From: the human T2T-CHM13v2.0 reference genome, Homo sapiens
Strand: one strand, 5' to 3'
DNA length: 64,000 nucleotides
NCBI RefSeq assembly: GCF_009914755.1
Contig: NC_060948.1
Shown here: positions 62,875 to 64,000 of the stretch, in pieces
Numbering within the stretch: the stretch's first letter is position 1
Layout of the letters: each line of letters starts with the position of its first letter
Made by a program: the position numbers and the translations under genes
Notes under the pieces: model-generated
The model's input: the letters and a program-made list of their open reading frames with translations, nothing else
What the model was told of the DNA's origin: nothing
The model's database searches: none

Positions 62875-64000
62875 AGATCCATATTTTTTAAATGAAAAAA
62901 AATTTCAAAGGTACTCTGCTTGGTACAATAATCAAATGTATAAACTGAGGAATAAAACATAACCATGAAACCTACTTATAACTGCATATGGAAAATACAG
63001 AGGATAATTTTTTAAATAACATATTTTGAAAGCCTTAACTAGTAATTTGAAGAGTTGGCATTTGAAAGGCCAGTATGAATATACCTTCAAAGCAGCAACA
63101 CAGGTTCCCCATGAGAAAAAGCAAACACAGGGAAAATAAAAACACAAAGGTTCAATCTCTTCTGACCTTTGAAAGACACAGCACAGACAGTGGTCCTTAG
63201 GACGAAGAGCAGGAGACCCCTAATTCCGTCACCATGGCGATAGGGCATAAACATTGCTGGGTGAGGGCACAATCCACATTGTGAGGTCCAACTGCTGCCA
63301 GGAAGACAGGAGTGCTTTTACATAGACCGAAAGGTCATTGAAGGCTCAGAGTTTTGTTTCAAGAACTGAATCCCAAGCCCACACGTTATTAGGCTGCGCT
63401 TCTTAAAACAAGTGATGAGATGGGAAAAAGGGCACCCACAAACATACGTATACATTATGTATATAATAATATACAGTATCATATATATAATATATATAAC
63501 CTATGTATAATATTGTTTTACATCCTGCATCTTATGTTATATATATTGTATAAAATATAATAATGGATAATATATAAGTTTTATAATTATACAATATGAC
63601 ATATAGTATATATTATAATTTATGACATATATAATATATGTTATATATCATATATAGAATATATTATACGGTTAATATACGTATTAAATGTAAATTATAC
63701 CTTATATATATTATATATAATATAACTGTTATATATAATACCCATTATGCATAATATATATATTATGTCTATGTTATATATAGTATAAAACAACATATAA
63801 TAATATATAATTGTATATATAAAATGGGACATATAATATATATTATATTTTATAACATATGTAATATATATTATATATTATATATAATACGTTGTATGTA
63901 TAATACCTATATTAAATATATATTATATGACTATGTTATTAATTACATGTCACATGTGTTATATATTATATATTTTACATAGAATATACCGGTTACATAC

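Overview
This window is not microbial and has no credible genes. All 64 kb is one uninterrupted head-to-tail tandem array of a ~2.42-kb, very AT-rich unit: 26 complete copies plus a partial 27th. Units start at 1, 2421, 4836, 7257, 9678, 12096, 14511, 16931, 19353, 21771, 24193, 26615, 29035, 31455, 33875, 36297, 38715, 41135, 43555, 45977, 48395, 50813, 53233, 55653, 58073, 60493 and 62913 (lengths 2415-2422 bp). Each unit has three parts: a ~570-bp moderately complex segment (HSATI-like), a ~1.55-kb degenerate (TA)n-rich segment, and a diverged, slightly 5'-truncated Alu on the minus strand. This architecture, the period, and a predicted 2146-bp HaeIII fragment match the human DYZ2 / HSat1B satellite. 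The most likely source is Yq12 heterochromatin, though related arrays exist on acrocentric short arms and I cannot exclude them without alignment. The ORFs in the track are chance frames repeated once per unit. I found no novel gene system. The informative signal is array evolution, read by eye from shared variants: two haplotype domains, a 4-unit-offset duplication with a crossover mappable to ~18 bp, a local 2-unit periodicity, a recently expanded recombinant block, and Alu diagnostic positions that look AluSc-like rather than AluY.
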